A stretch of DNA of 64,000 nt. It comes from Lytechinus pictus. Lineage: Eukaryota. The notes under the pieces are model-generated. The model was given only the letters and a program-made list of their open reading frames with translations, ran no database searches and was not told where the DNA came from. The translations under genes were made by a program, and so were the position numbers. Shown here piece by piece: positions 1 to 12,133 of the stretch; within the stretch, counting starts at the first letter, position 1; every line of letters begins with the position of its first letter. The stretch lies in the NCBI RefSeq assembly GCF_037042905.1, contig NC_087246.1:6698001-6762000 (forward strand). Direction: 5' to 3'.

Positions 1-909
1 ATCAATTTGCAGTTTGCTTTCAAAGATATGATTGCTTTCTTTTATTTATTTATAATTTTTCTAAATATTTCATGCATAATACAATAAAACCATGCAATAT
101 AAATGTCTTTGGTAAGGGTCATAAAAGCACACAAATGTCATGTTGGAAATTATCCTTCATATATGCCACTTATTCAATTAACAAGCCTTAGACATTTTAC
201 AGATATGATTATGCTCATTTTAATAGCATGTATGAGTTATGGTCATTAGATTTAACAGTATTTGTTTTTCCTTTTTTTTTCACTTTTCCAGATATTTTAG
301 GGATAAGCATCATGGTATATGGTAATATTTCTTTGTTACACACTTATATCATTTCTGAAACCTGTGTTGCTAAGAACACCATCAGTTGGTGTTATGTGAT
401 GGCTACACACTCAGGTTTTGATAATACTGTACACCTTTGAGTTTGAGCATAGCACCAAACAGTAATTAAATAATGGACATAATTTTTTAAAGTGTGTATA
501 TAATCAACAACCAACACCCTGAATTGAATACTTGTTTAAAGTGCTGTGTATGGTCCTCTCTAAACATTTTGCTGGTGTATTTTTAACACTAGTGTGCTTG
601 CAGTGTATTCATATAAACCTCAGTCTGAACACTGCAATATTGCAGCCATGTTGTAACATTCAGAGGCATATACATTGTATTCATGAGTTGTTGTTTTTTG
701 TAATACTTCCTAAAATGCAAGTTCAGTCATTTGAGCGTTTTGCAGTACGGGTTGATATGTTGACTAGTGAACTTTGCAGAGTGCAGACATACCAGTCTTC
801 AAACGATTGTCTGATCCCAGGCAACTTCTCATTTTAGGTTTTTTTCAGACTTTATATTGTACAGCACATAATGGGCTTTTTCATGTTTTGGCTTCTTTTC
901 AGACCTGAT

Positions 910-1155
910 GGCCCAAATTCACAAAGGTGGTTTTTAAAACCATTGGTTGAACCAATGGTTTATGCAGATTTCCTGTATAAATTACGCTTATTTACTGCGT
1001 ATATTAAAAAAATGTCCAATGCGGATGGGCGCTTTTGTCACAGTGCGCCAAATTGACGCCTGTTGCGGTGGTTATCTACATTTTTTTCATTCATGAGTCC
1101 ACTCTTTAAACAGTGTACTCATGAATAAAATAGCGTACTTAACCATGGCAACACT
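910..1155. mobile_element. Truncated copy of the foldback MITE at 1500-1884
   Basis: Starts GGCCCAAATTCACAAAGGTGG and closely matches 1500-1750; right arm lost. Confidence 0.75.
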
Positions 1156-1499
1156 GATAAAAATATGAGTTCAAGTTATTTTGTTTTCCAACAGTCATCA
1201 AATTAGCAGGCATGCTATAATGACCTTCAACGCTATTAATACTTATTCATTACACATACAATATCGGCTGGTATTTTATAGACCTTGATGATCAAACTGT
1301 CATAGAGGTCATTCTCATCTAAAGACAACACCTCTGAAAAATAATCAGTTAGCATGATGAATTCAACTATTTTTTTTCCACAAATTTTATCAAAATAGAA
1401 GCCAAACTAATGACCTTCAAAGCTGATAATGTTAATTGAAAATGTGATAATGGCTGGTATATTAACAAATTAGACCTACTCAATGATCAAAATGTCATA

Positions 1500-1884
1500 G
1501 GCCTGAATTCACAAAGGTGGTTCTTAAAACCATCGGTTGAACCCTTTGTTTATGCAGATTTCCTATATGAATTACGCTTATTTACCGGGTATATTAAAAA
1601 GTGTCCAATGCTGATGCGCGCTTTTGTCACAGTGCGCCAAATTGACACCTGTTGCCATGGTTAGGTACGCTGTTTATTCATGAGTCCATTGTTTGAAGAG
1701 TGGACTAATTCAAAACAGTGGGTTCATGAATAAAATAGCGTACTTAACTGTGACAACAGGCGTCAATTTGGCGCAATGTGACAAAAGCCCACATCAGCAT
1801 TGGACATTTATTAATATACGCGGTAAATAAGCATACTCTATACAAGAAATCTGCATATACCGTGGGTTCAACCAATTTGGGCCA
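1500..1884. mobile_element. Foldback (palindromic) MITE with GGCC termini, PIF/Harbinger-like
   Basis: Arms of ~170 bp are imperfect reverse complements (e.g. TTTTGTCACAGTGCGCCAAATTGAC vs GTCAATTTGGCGCAATGTGACAAAA); centre near 1700. Superfamily is inferred. Confidence 0.8.
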
Positions 1885-4800
1885 AAGTGGTCCGTTCATG
1901 TTTGTGCAATATCCTCTAAAAGCAACATGTTGGTAAACCCTCTACATTGAAACCAATTGTCTGAAACATGTTAAGTGGCCATGCACATTGTATCACAGCA
2001 AGGTGATAATTAATGACATCATAATAATTAATAGCGGAGGGAATGCTATCACTTAGATGTTATTATTGAGGACTGCATTTTATTATCTCCATTGGAAACA
2101 CCCTAATCAAATGATCCTGATTTCAAAACCTGCATGAAATGTCTGATATCTTACTCAAAAATAGTTTCTTTACACTTTTTAGATATGTTGATCATATTGA
2201 ATAGAATTGACTAAAAATATGTATTTAAATATTTACACTATTGTAAGATTGGAATGATAGAAGATAGTACAATTTTTGTTTTATTACTGAAAATAAACCA
2301 AAGCTATATATATATATATATATGATATAACACATGGCAATATAAAGCTTCCCTGGTTGTCATAATGATGGACCCACTTATTAATTTTGTACCTTTTCTA
2401 TCCTAAGTGCTTCACCTGTATAAATTGCTCTCGGTTCAGTCATTAAATGCTACTTGGTGAGAATTGGCTCCTCAAAATAGACTAAATTGAATGTCCATTA
2501 GAGCATGTGGCTTACAAGTTGTTAATTGATATTTGAGTCGTATTTGGTTTCAAACTTTGTGGTATTGGAGTTATGTTACCATTGATAAAGAGAAATATTA
2601 TCTATATAGGGTGTTTTAACAATATGTCAAAAATGCATATTTTGGTCTGCATGATTTGCCTGTGATTTATTAGAGCCTATCGCATAATGCCCCTAAATCT
2701 GACGAATATCCAATAGTATCTTGTACAAAACTTGCCATTCAATATTCAACCATATTGCATGGTCAAATGCGCCAGCATAAATGTGCAAGATAGAAAACAT
2801 CTGCACTAAGCACCACAATGCGCAATGATACTATGTGACGTCATAAAGAGTTACAAGTAAGTTGCATTTCTATGATCATATTTTGTATTAAAGTGGGGCA
2901 ATATAAACTGATTTTGATAAGTGACATAATTTGGTCAATCACTTTATTTTCTTGGAATAGATGATAATTAACCATCCAATGATTAATTGGATGGTTTTAT
3001 TTCATGGAATACCAGAGATTTACCACTTGTTAATATTGCACGGATTCATAGTTTGTGCAATATTGACACCAACTGTTTATATCTTTGGTATCCCTTTCTG
3101 AGCCATTCAATATAATACAAATATTTATAATTTATTATTAGAGCATATTTATTCAGGTACAAAAGATCAGCATAAAACTGTTATTCATCAATGACCTGAT
3201 GAATCATCTATTAAGTCCTTTCTAACTCTCTCTCTCTATATATATATATTTTTTTCTCTTTCTCTCTTTCTATTTGTCTATTGATTTATCTATCTTTCAA
3301 TTTCTCTCTATTATACTGCACACCATAACTTCATGCCATTTAAGGCTTCTATTCTCTTGTATCTCCATCTTTATATACAAAGAAAAAAAATGATTTTATT
3401 GATTTGTGAGTAAAGGTTTTTTTTTTTTTTTTTTTGTTCTTTAATGTATTTATTAATCTATGAAGTTTTCACTTATTTCATTTTTCTTATTTCCATGTTT
3501 TTTGTATTTTATTTATTATTCCATTTCTCCATTTTACCTTGTAAGAATTACAAGGCTCTCATTACCTCTCCCTCTCCCTTTTCTTGTCTTTATTTCTCAT
3601 TTTCCCCCTTGCTCTCATGTGCATGTGCATGATGTGAACAATAATTACAGAAAATGCCTTTATTTCTTGAAAATTTGTAAAGATGTCGTGTCATATTTTC
3701 AAGTTTTCTCAAAGAGCATTAGTTTCCATGGCAAGTTTCTCTCTCGTTCATGAAAGAAGTGTTCTTCTTTCATGAACGAGTGTTCTTCATGAAAGAAGTG
3801 TTCTTCTTTCAAGCTGTATAGTGAGGCGCCTAAGTTGCCCTGACTGCAAAAATAAATTTGATAAAATAAGGTGTATAGAACACTGATAAGAGGTTTTTTA
3901 ATGTCTTATTTTGTATTGTATCTATAGAAAAATAAAAGTAGTCAGTAATGACAAGGAGTGTTGCAAATGATGCACATCATTAATCATTTCTATTAAATTG
4001 AATGTAATATATTATTGCAAGCATGGATCATTTGGGGGAAATAGTTATAAGCCGCCAGTCATCAGCACTTAGGAACGTTTTAGCAATTCTAGAGGTAAGT
4101 TTCCATGCATGTGAAGATGAGAAATGCAATGGAAAGGAAAATAAACATTTGAATGCAAGGAAAATCCCCTTGCACATGACAATTTTAATATAAATAAGAG
4201 TTTAGCCAAATGAAAAAAATTGGAAGCAGAACAAGTAATTGGTTATGAATGGGAACTAAACTTGATTGAGAGATATCTCATGATCTGTGCCAAAAGCATA
4301 CAAAACCTCTCATCTGTAGGAATGATCTTTTCTTGTTTCTTGGAATACTTCTTTATTTAAGACTGACATACAGCCCCTTATATCACTCTGGGTTTGAGTA
4401 CAAATATTGACTGCACAGAGTCAGGGGTAACTCTGAGTTTGTCTAATCAATTTTTACAGGCACTTTCTAGAACTGTATTCAGATTGACTTTAAATTAATT
4501 CTGATTACAAAGAGATTTTGTACTTGCCACAGAGGAAGCGATTTAACCATTATATAATTTGATTGTTACTGAATTCATAAGTAATGTTCCATGCCCCATT
4601 GCATCAAATATTTACTAACTTTGACATTATGTTAACTACCATTGTAACAAGGTTCAGCATCAAATAAAAATCAAGGTTTCCATGGAAGTTACCATAATGG
4701 CAAAGGGGCCCTGTAGGATTTAAAAGTTTTTTTTAAATATCAACAGGCAATCAAAGCTCTGTTCAGTGATCATCACAATAAACCTGAAATGATACCATTT

Positions 4801-4944
4801 AATAATGAAAATAGGTATCAAATGAATTCCATATTTGTGGGAACAAATTCACAAACACTGTTTGTGGTGTATGTGGTCTTTCATTGACTGTGTTATTAAT
4901 ATGAAGCCTTAAATTTTAAGGAAGTAATTCCTCAAAAAGCTGTG

Positions 4945-5052
4945 CGCACCAGAATTGGTAGACTAGCTTAGCCGGGGTAATATAGGAGCGCCTTGAGCAC
5001 CTAGCAAGGTGGATACGTGCGCTATACAAATCCTATATTATTTATTTATTTA
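4945..5052 (+). mobile_element. LINE/SINE 3' tail fragment (L2-like)
   Basis: GAGCGCCTTGAGCAC...GTGCGCTATACAAAT followed by a TATT-type tail. Confidence 0.55.
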
Positions 5053-6135
5053 AATTGTACCTTTATTAGATTGGCCTGAATATCAATGATGCATAAATAA
5101 AACATTTGTATAAAATATTTTGAGAGAAAAAGTAATTGTTAAGCTACATAGTAACACAATTATTTTGGTATTAATGTATTTAATAATGAATTAGTATGTT
5201 ACCATGCAAGTGTGCTAATATCAGAAGACTATACTGCTGAGAATGATACATTGTGGGTTACGAACCTGGCCATCAGATTTAAGTAGTTGAGGAGTAGAGG
5301 CGATGCTCCCTTGGTCATATTTGTATTTTTACCATTCACATGTAATTGATTGCCAATCTTATCATGAAGATTTTTGTGCTCATTTGTTAGATGCTAAAGT
5401 ATTAAATATAGCACAAACATTTCTGGTGGTATTGCCATTTATGTCTATCTTTTGCAGGGATTTTTTTCATGGAATTGCCCAAAGATTGATGACTAGAAAG
5501 TGGACACACCCAAATTTCAATTGAATCAGTATCATAAATAGATTTAATTACGATGAGGGGAGTCAGTAGTCATTAAAGAAGCAAGAATTCAAAATGACTG
5601 AATCATGATAACTTTGAGAGGAATGGAAATAATTCTTGTCTCGAGGTGAATAGATGGAACAATTGTCATATGATGCAGACAAAGGCTGTATAAAGAAAAC
5701 ACACTGGGAGTGCTGTCAGAGAAAAATTATCCATCATGTGACCTTTACCATTTCATTAGTGAAGAGGAGCCTTCCATAGAAAGATATTCTTGATGATTTG
5801 TAAGAATTCAGATACCAGTGAAGAGTTGTCAATTAAAAATGATGTTATTACATGTGCCATAAGAATTAATGTCTTATTCATTTACCAAAAATATTATTTT
5901 GATATAGAACTTTGCTGAGCTTTTAAATGTGGTACATCACCAAAAATGAGAAATTCAGTTGATTTTTTGATAGGGGAAGTTGGCTGATTTGGATTTCTTA
6001 TTCCAAATTTAATCCATTTATTTTTTTTTATCAATCAGTAGGTCGAATCAATTTATTTTATGATTTACCCTGCCTGTTGTTCTTAATGTATATAATTACA
6101 TGTGAAGTTTCCATTCTGAATCTAAATTTCATTCA

Positions 6136-7485
6136 TTTTTGTCTCGCCTGCATAGCAGAGCGAGACTATAGGCGCCGCTTTTCCGACGGCGACGGCGGCG
6201 GCGGCGGCGTCAACATCAAATCTTAACCTAAGGTTAAGTTTTTGAAATGACATCATAACTTAAAAAGTATATGGACCTAGTTCATGAAACTTGGACATAA
6301 GGTTAATCAAGTATTACTGAACATCCTGCCTGAGTTTCAGGTCACATGACCAAGGTCAAAGGTCATTTAGGGTCAATGAACTTAGACCATGTTGGGAAAA
6401 TTATTTTCAAAATCTTAACCGAAGGTTAAGTTTTTGAAATGACATCATAACTTAGAAAGTATATGGACCTAGTTCATGAAACTTGGGCATAAGGTAAATC
6501 AAGTATTAGTGAACATCCTGCTCGAGTTTCAGGTCACGTGACCAAGGTCAAAGGTCATTTAGGGTCAATGAACTTTGGTCAAGTTGGGGGTATTTGTTGA
6601 ATTACTATCATAACTTTGAAAATATATGGATCTAGTCCATGAAACTTGGACATGAGGTTAATCAAGTATTAGTGAACATCCTGCTTGAGTTTCAGGTCAC
6701 ATGACCAAGGTCAAAGGTCATTTAGGGTCAATGAACTTTGGCCAAGTTGGGGGTATTTGTTGAATTACCATCATAACTTTGAAAATTTATGGATCTAGTT
6801 TGTGAAACTTGGACATTAGGTTAATCAAGTACCACTGAATATCCTGTGCTAGTTTTAGGTCACATGACCATGGTCAATGGTCATTTAAGGTCAATGAACT
6901 TTGGCCGTGTTGGGGGTATTTGTTAAATTACCATCCTAACTCTGAAAGTTTATGGATCTAGTTCATAAAACTTGGACATAAGAGTAATCAAGTATCACTG
7001 AACATCCTGTACGAGTTTCAGGTCACATGACCATGGTCAAAGGTCATTCAAGGTCAATGAACTTTGGCCGTGTTGGGGGTATTTGTTGAATTACCATCCT
7101 AACTCTGAAAGTTTATGGATCTAGTTCATAAAACTTGGGATATAAGAGTAATCAAGCATCACTGAACATCTCCTGTGAGTTTCAGATCACAAAACCAAGT
7201 CAAAGGTCAGTTAAGGTCAATAAACTTAGGCCATGTTGGGGTAATTGTTGAAGTGCCATCATAACTTTGAAAGTTTATGGATAGAGTGAATGAAATGTGG
7301 ACATGAGTGTAGTTGACAGTCTTAAGTCTCCGTTCAAATGTCATTTATGGTCAATGAACGTGGTATTATGTCATTATATGAATGATGTTTTTGTGAATGA
7401 TTATTTTATAGTAGTTTTCAAAGTTAGCACTGCTGCTATATTAAATTGCGTAATGCAGGCGAGACTGCCAGAGGTTCCACTTGTT
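6136..7485 (+). mobile_element. Helentron-associated non-autonomous element (HINE/DINE-1/Tsp-like) with internal ~163-bp tandem array, copy 1
   Basis: T-rich insertion site with no TSD; subterminal inverted repeat GTCTCGCCTGCAT (6141) / ATGCAGGCGAGAC (7453); 5' hairpin GTCTCGC..GCGAGAC; (GGC)n microsatellite; repeat anchors at 6339, 6531, 6694, 6857, 7020, 7184. Confidence 0.8.
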
Positions 7486-7663
7486 TTCTTTACCCATTGT
7501 GCTCTCTCCTTTTTGTTGACCTTTCTTGTCATCAACTCATCATCAATAATATCACCATTTTATTTTCATCAGGATACCCACTCATCACATCAATATCCCC
7601 ATCACTGCCATCGTCACCATCATCATCTTTATCAATAATTTTAATAATTTTACTAAACCTTCA

Positions 7664-9349
7664 TTTTTTGTCTCACCTGCATAGCAGAGTGAGACTATAG
7701 GCGCCACTTTTCCGACGACAGCGGTGGCGGCGGCGTCAACACCAAATCTTAACCGAAGGTTAAGTTTTTGAAATGACAGCATAACTTAAAAAGTATATGG
7801 ACCTAGTTCATGAAACTTGGCCATAAGGTTAATCAAGTATTAATAAACATCCTGCCTGAGTTTCAGGTCACATGATCAAGGTCAAAGGTCATTTATGATC
7901 AATGAACTTAGACCATGGTGGGGGAATCAACATCAAAATCTTAACCTAAGGTTAAGTGTTTGAATTACCATCATAACTTTTAAAGTTTATGGATCTGATT
8001 CATGAAACTTGGACATAAGAGTAATCAAATATCACTGAACGTCCTGTGCAAGTTTCAGATCACATGATTAAGGTCAAAGGTCATTTAGGGTCAATGAACT
8101 TTGGCCAAATTGGGGTTTTTTGTTGAATTACCATCATAACTTTGAAAATTTATTGGTCTAGTTCATAAAACTTGGACATAAGAGTAATCAAGTATCACTG
8201 AACATCCTGTGCGCATTTCAGGTCACATGACCAAGGTGAAAGGTCAATGAACTTTGGCCATAATGGGGGTATCTGTTGAATTACCATCATAACTTCAAAA
8301 GTTTATGGATCTGATTAATGAAACTTGGACATAAGAGTAATCAAGTATCACTGAACATCCTGTGCGAGTTTCAGGTCACATGATCAGGTCAAAGGTCATC
8401 TAAGGTCAATGAAATTTGGCCAAGTTGGGGGTATTTGTTGAATTACCATCATTACTTTGAAAGTTTATTGGTCTAGTTCATAACACTTAGACATAAGAGT
8501 AATCAAGTATCACTGAACATCCTGTGCAAATTTCAGGTCACATGACCAACGTCAAAGGTTAATGAACTTTGGCCATACAGGGGGTATCTGTTGAATTACC
8601 ATTATAACTTTCAAAGTTTATTGATCTGATTCATGAAATCTGGACATAAGAGTAATCAAGTATCTTTGAAGATCCCATCCGAGTTTCAGGTCACATGACC
8701 AAGGTCAAAGGTCATTTAAGGTCAATGAACTTTGGCCATGTTGGGGGTATTTGTTGAATTACCATCGTATCTCTGTAAGTGTATTGGTCTAGTATCGTAT
8801 CTCTGTAAGTGTATTGGTCTAGTTCATAAAACGTGGACATAAGAGTAACCAAGTGTCACTGAACATCTTTTGCGAGTTTCAGGTCACATGACCAAGGTCA
8901 AAGGTCAATGGAATTTGGAAATGTTGGGGGTATTTGTTGAATTACCATCATAACTCTGTAAGTATATTGGTCTAGTTCATAAAACTTGGACATAAGAGTC
9001 ATCAAATATCATTGAACATCTCATGCGAGTTACAGGTCACATGACCAAAGTCAAAGGTCATTTAAGGTCATTGAACTTTGGCCATTTTAGAGGTAATTAT
9101 TAGATTGCTGTCATAACTTTCAAAGTTTATACATGTAGTGTACACAATTTGGATATAGGGGTAATCAAGTATCACTGACACGTTTTAGGTCACATGATCC
9201 AGGTCAAATGTCAATGAACGTAGTAGTGTATCATTATATGAATGGTGTTTTTTGTGAATAATTATTTTATAGTAGTTTTCACAGTCAGCACTGCTGCTAT
9301 ATTGAATCCCGTGATGCAGGTTAAACCGCCAGAGGCATTTCACTTGTTT
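7664..9349 (+). mobile_element. Helentron-associated element, copy 2, with a 153/163-bp tandem array
   Basis: Same 5' end (GTCTCACCTGCATAGCAGAGTGAGAC) and 3' end (GCACTGCTGCTATATT...GCCAGAGG...CACTTGTT) as copy 1; repeat anchors at 7865, 8057, 8220, 8373, 8535, 8688, 8881, 9034, 9187. Confidence 0.8.
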
Positions 9350-11948
9350 CCTCATAAGGATCCCTTATTTATATAGGATATAAATGATTGATATTGTTCT
9401 GTTAAGGTTATGCCTTAATACCTAGAGTTCTCAGACAATTCACAGTGAATATCATTCAATCAATCTACAAAAGTGTAAACCCATGAGAAACTGAGTGCTA
9501 CATTGGTTCTTAAACCAAACATTGATGAAGGAGAAGGTTGGTTTATGAATAATTCAAAGCATGACATCGGTTTATGCATCAATGCTCTATTGTTGTGTTA
9601 TCACAAGGATGAACAGAGATGAATTCATCCTTATCGGCCATTTATACTCAAGATCTCTTTACAGCAAATGTATAGTCCAATGCATTACTGAAATGTATAG
9701 CTATAATTGTCCATTTGTTTTTATTTTGGCTGATTTTTTTATGTTCAAAGTTGCCTGCGTTTTTCCTTCAGAATATTACCATTGCTGCACAGGATAATGT
9801 CTTCTGGGATTGCGAATATAGCTCCAAAATGAGCCCCGAAAAGATGAAAAGATGAAAAATGCTGCAGTCCAAAATATTGTCTTATGCATTATGGTGCTAT
9901 TTAATTGTTTTAAGAGATTTTATGCTGTTATAAGAATGAAGCTAGAGAAGATTCATGATGTCTTTGACAAAAGGGAAAAATATATTTAATCTCACATTGT
10001 TGTGTAATAAAGATATCAAATTTCTTTTTCAGTAATTAAAATGATTTTTGGAATCAAGCCTGAAGGGAGTTATTCTGTTCTTCAAATGGGAATGACTGAT
10101 TTTTTTTTTGTAAACTGTTTGAGTTAAGATGATTACATGAATTGGATGTTTATTTATGTAAGCGAAATAGAAAATAAAATTATGACATATCTAAATTTCA
10201 ATTAACATGATAGTTATCTCATAATACTTTGTAAATCAATGTATTCTCTACAACTGTTTACCATGTCTTGTGTAAAAAAAAGTCTGGTGTAACATAACCA
10301 ACTTGTCTTGGAGAAAGCACTTTACAGTGACCAAACATATTGAAGTTAGTGCACCAATACGACACTATCACCTGCCAAGATCACGTTACTTCATACTCGG
10401 TAGAGTAACTACATGCCATTAAGCTTTTCATTTCTAGTAGGGCAGGAAATCCTTGATCGGCATATCATCTCAAGAAAAGCTCAACAACATCACTGTTTAG
10501 CTATTCCGGATGACATCACTGAAACGCAAACAACTATAAACTGATACCTCTCAAAGCCTTCACAAGGGTGCAACAGGGTATATCCTTCTGTTGTGAAGAA
10601 TTTTGGACAATGTGTGAAGGAGCTTTAGATGGCTAAGAGACATTAACACCAACATTTCCTAGACAAAGACGGTGTGTTTAGCTTGTGTTGACTTCCCTCG
10701 GCGATTAAGTGTCATTGATTTATTAATTCTGTTGGTTCATCAATCACCTTGATTAGAAGGCAAGTGTGATTTCTTCAGAAGGTTTAATAGAAGATGGATT
10801 AGAAATCACTTTTCAAAATATAGCTGATGGAACTCAAACCCTATTTCTACCAACCTTTAAAAATAAATAAAATAATTGTTAATTGCAATTATAATCATCA
10901 TAGATGGAAATATGGTATATCTACATAAATTGAACTTTATGAAACCATGAAATCTACGCTTAAAAACAATCACACTGAACATCACCAATGCAGATTTATA
11001 AGCAGACATGAGACAGTTCGAAGAAGACCAATATTTGGCTAGAATGTCTTGCTAATTTCTCAGTCATCGTGAAATTTCTCCTGGAATCTTTTGGCCCATG
11101 TTTCATTATTTCTACATTCAGACAATTTAGTGGTAATTTGATTGGATTGTGTACAAACTCATTTTTTAATCGTTACTACAACTGGAATTACCTTTAGTAC
11201 TGTCTCATCAGTAGTTGGGTGTTTTTACCATTTATAAAATCATGATTTGATGGTCATTTTCACATATTTGTACATAGTTAATGTGGAAAAAACAATGGGA
11301 GGGCTGATGCCAAAACCATTCACCACCTCAGATTTCAATGAAATTCTATGTTATATTGTCATGATATCTGACAAGTGTTTCCCACTCATCTGCCTGTTGC
11401 TAGTCTACTACTCTGTTCTGTTACAGGATTACATACATGCCTTATGAATTATGTCATCTGATTGATCAAAAACTTACCTGTCTTATCTAAATATGCATGC
11501 AAAATGGACTTTCATGAGCTTTTTGTGGAAATGTCACTCAAAACTTATCTACATTTAGCAAAAACTAATGTGACTGTGTTCATATCTACAGCTGATAATT
11601 GAGTACTATCTCTAACCTATTAATATCATCTGTATCATTGGTATTGATGAGTCATCTCACTACCACTCTTTAGTGTTCTTATTTCTCAGCTTCAATATAA
11701 ATGATAATTATTCATATTTGTTTTATTGAGAATCATTGCTTTTTATGTGTTCATATCTAATGAAGATAGCACATAGCATTACCCATGCATTTTCTATTCT
11801 GTATGGTACTTTTTACTTGTATTGATTACCCTAATGACTGAAGTATCTGTTATTTCAATAGATACATTACACTGGCATGAAAGGGGGGCATTGCCCTTTT
11901 TTTTAATGTCTGTTTGGCCTAAAAGCATTTAATTGGTGGATACTAGGA

Positions 11949-12133
11949 GGTTACATGACATTTGCTCTGCTCTAAATTCCACACACTAATTGAATGACCA
12001 ACTACAACCCTGGGTTTAACACTATACCCTACCCTAAACCTAACTAAAGTCCTATACTATTTCAACCCTAACCCTACATCCTAGAGATAAATAAGCCCAG
12101 AGCAATTGCCACAGGAGCAAATGTCTTGTCACC
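11949..12133. mobile_element. MULE/Mutator-type MITE with internal degenerate telomere-like (AACCCT) repeats
   Basis: TIR GGTTACATGACATTTGCTC / GAGCAAATGTCTTGTCACC; perfect 9-bp TSD ATACTAGGA at 11940-11948 and 12134-12142. Confidence 0.8.

Noticed and set aside
5459..5930. Exon-like purine-rich stretch after a TTTTGCAG acceptor (similar case at ~10438-10670)
   Set aside because: The frames I checked close early; could be untranslated exons, but sequence alone cannot support this
6339..9225. Regularly spaced repeats resembling a CRISPR array
   Set aside because: The intervening sequences are themselves repeated (satellite units), the context is eukaryotic and there are no cas genes
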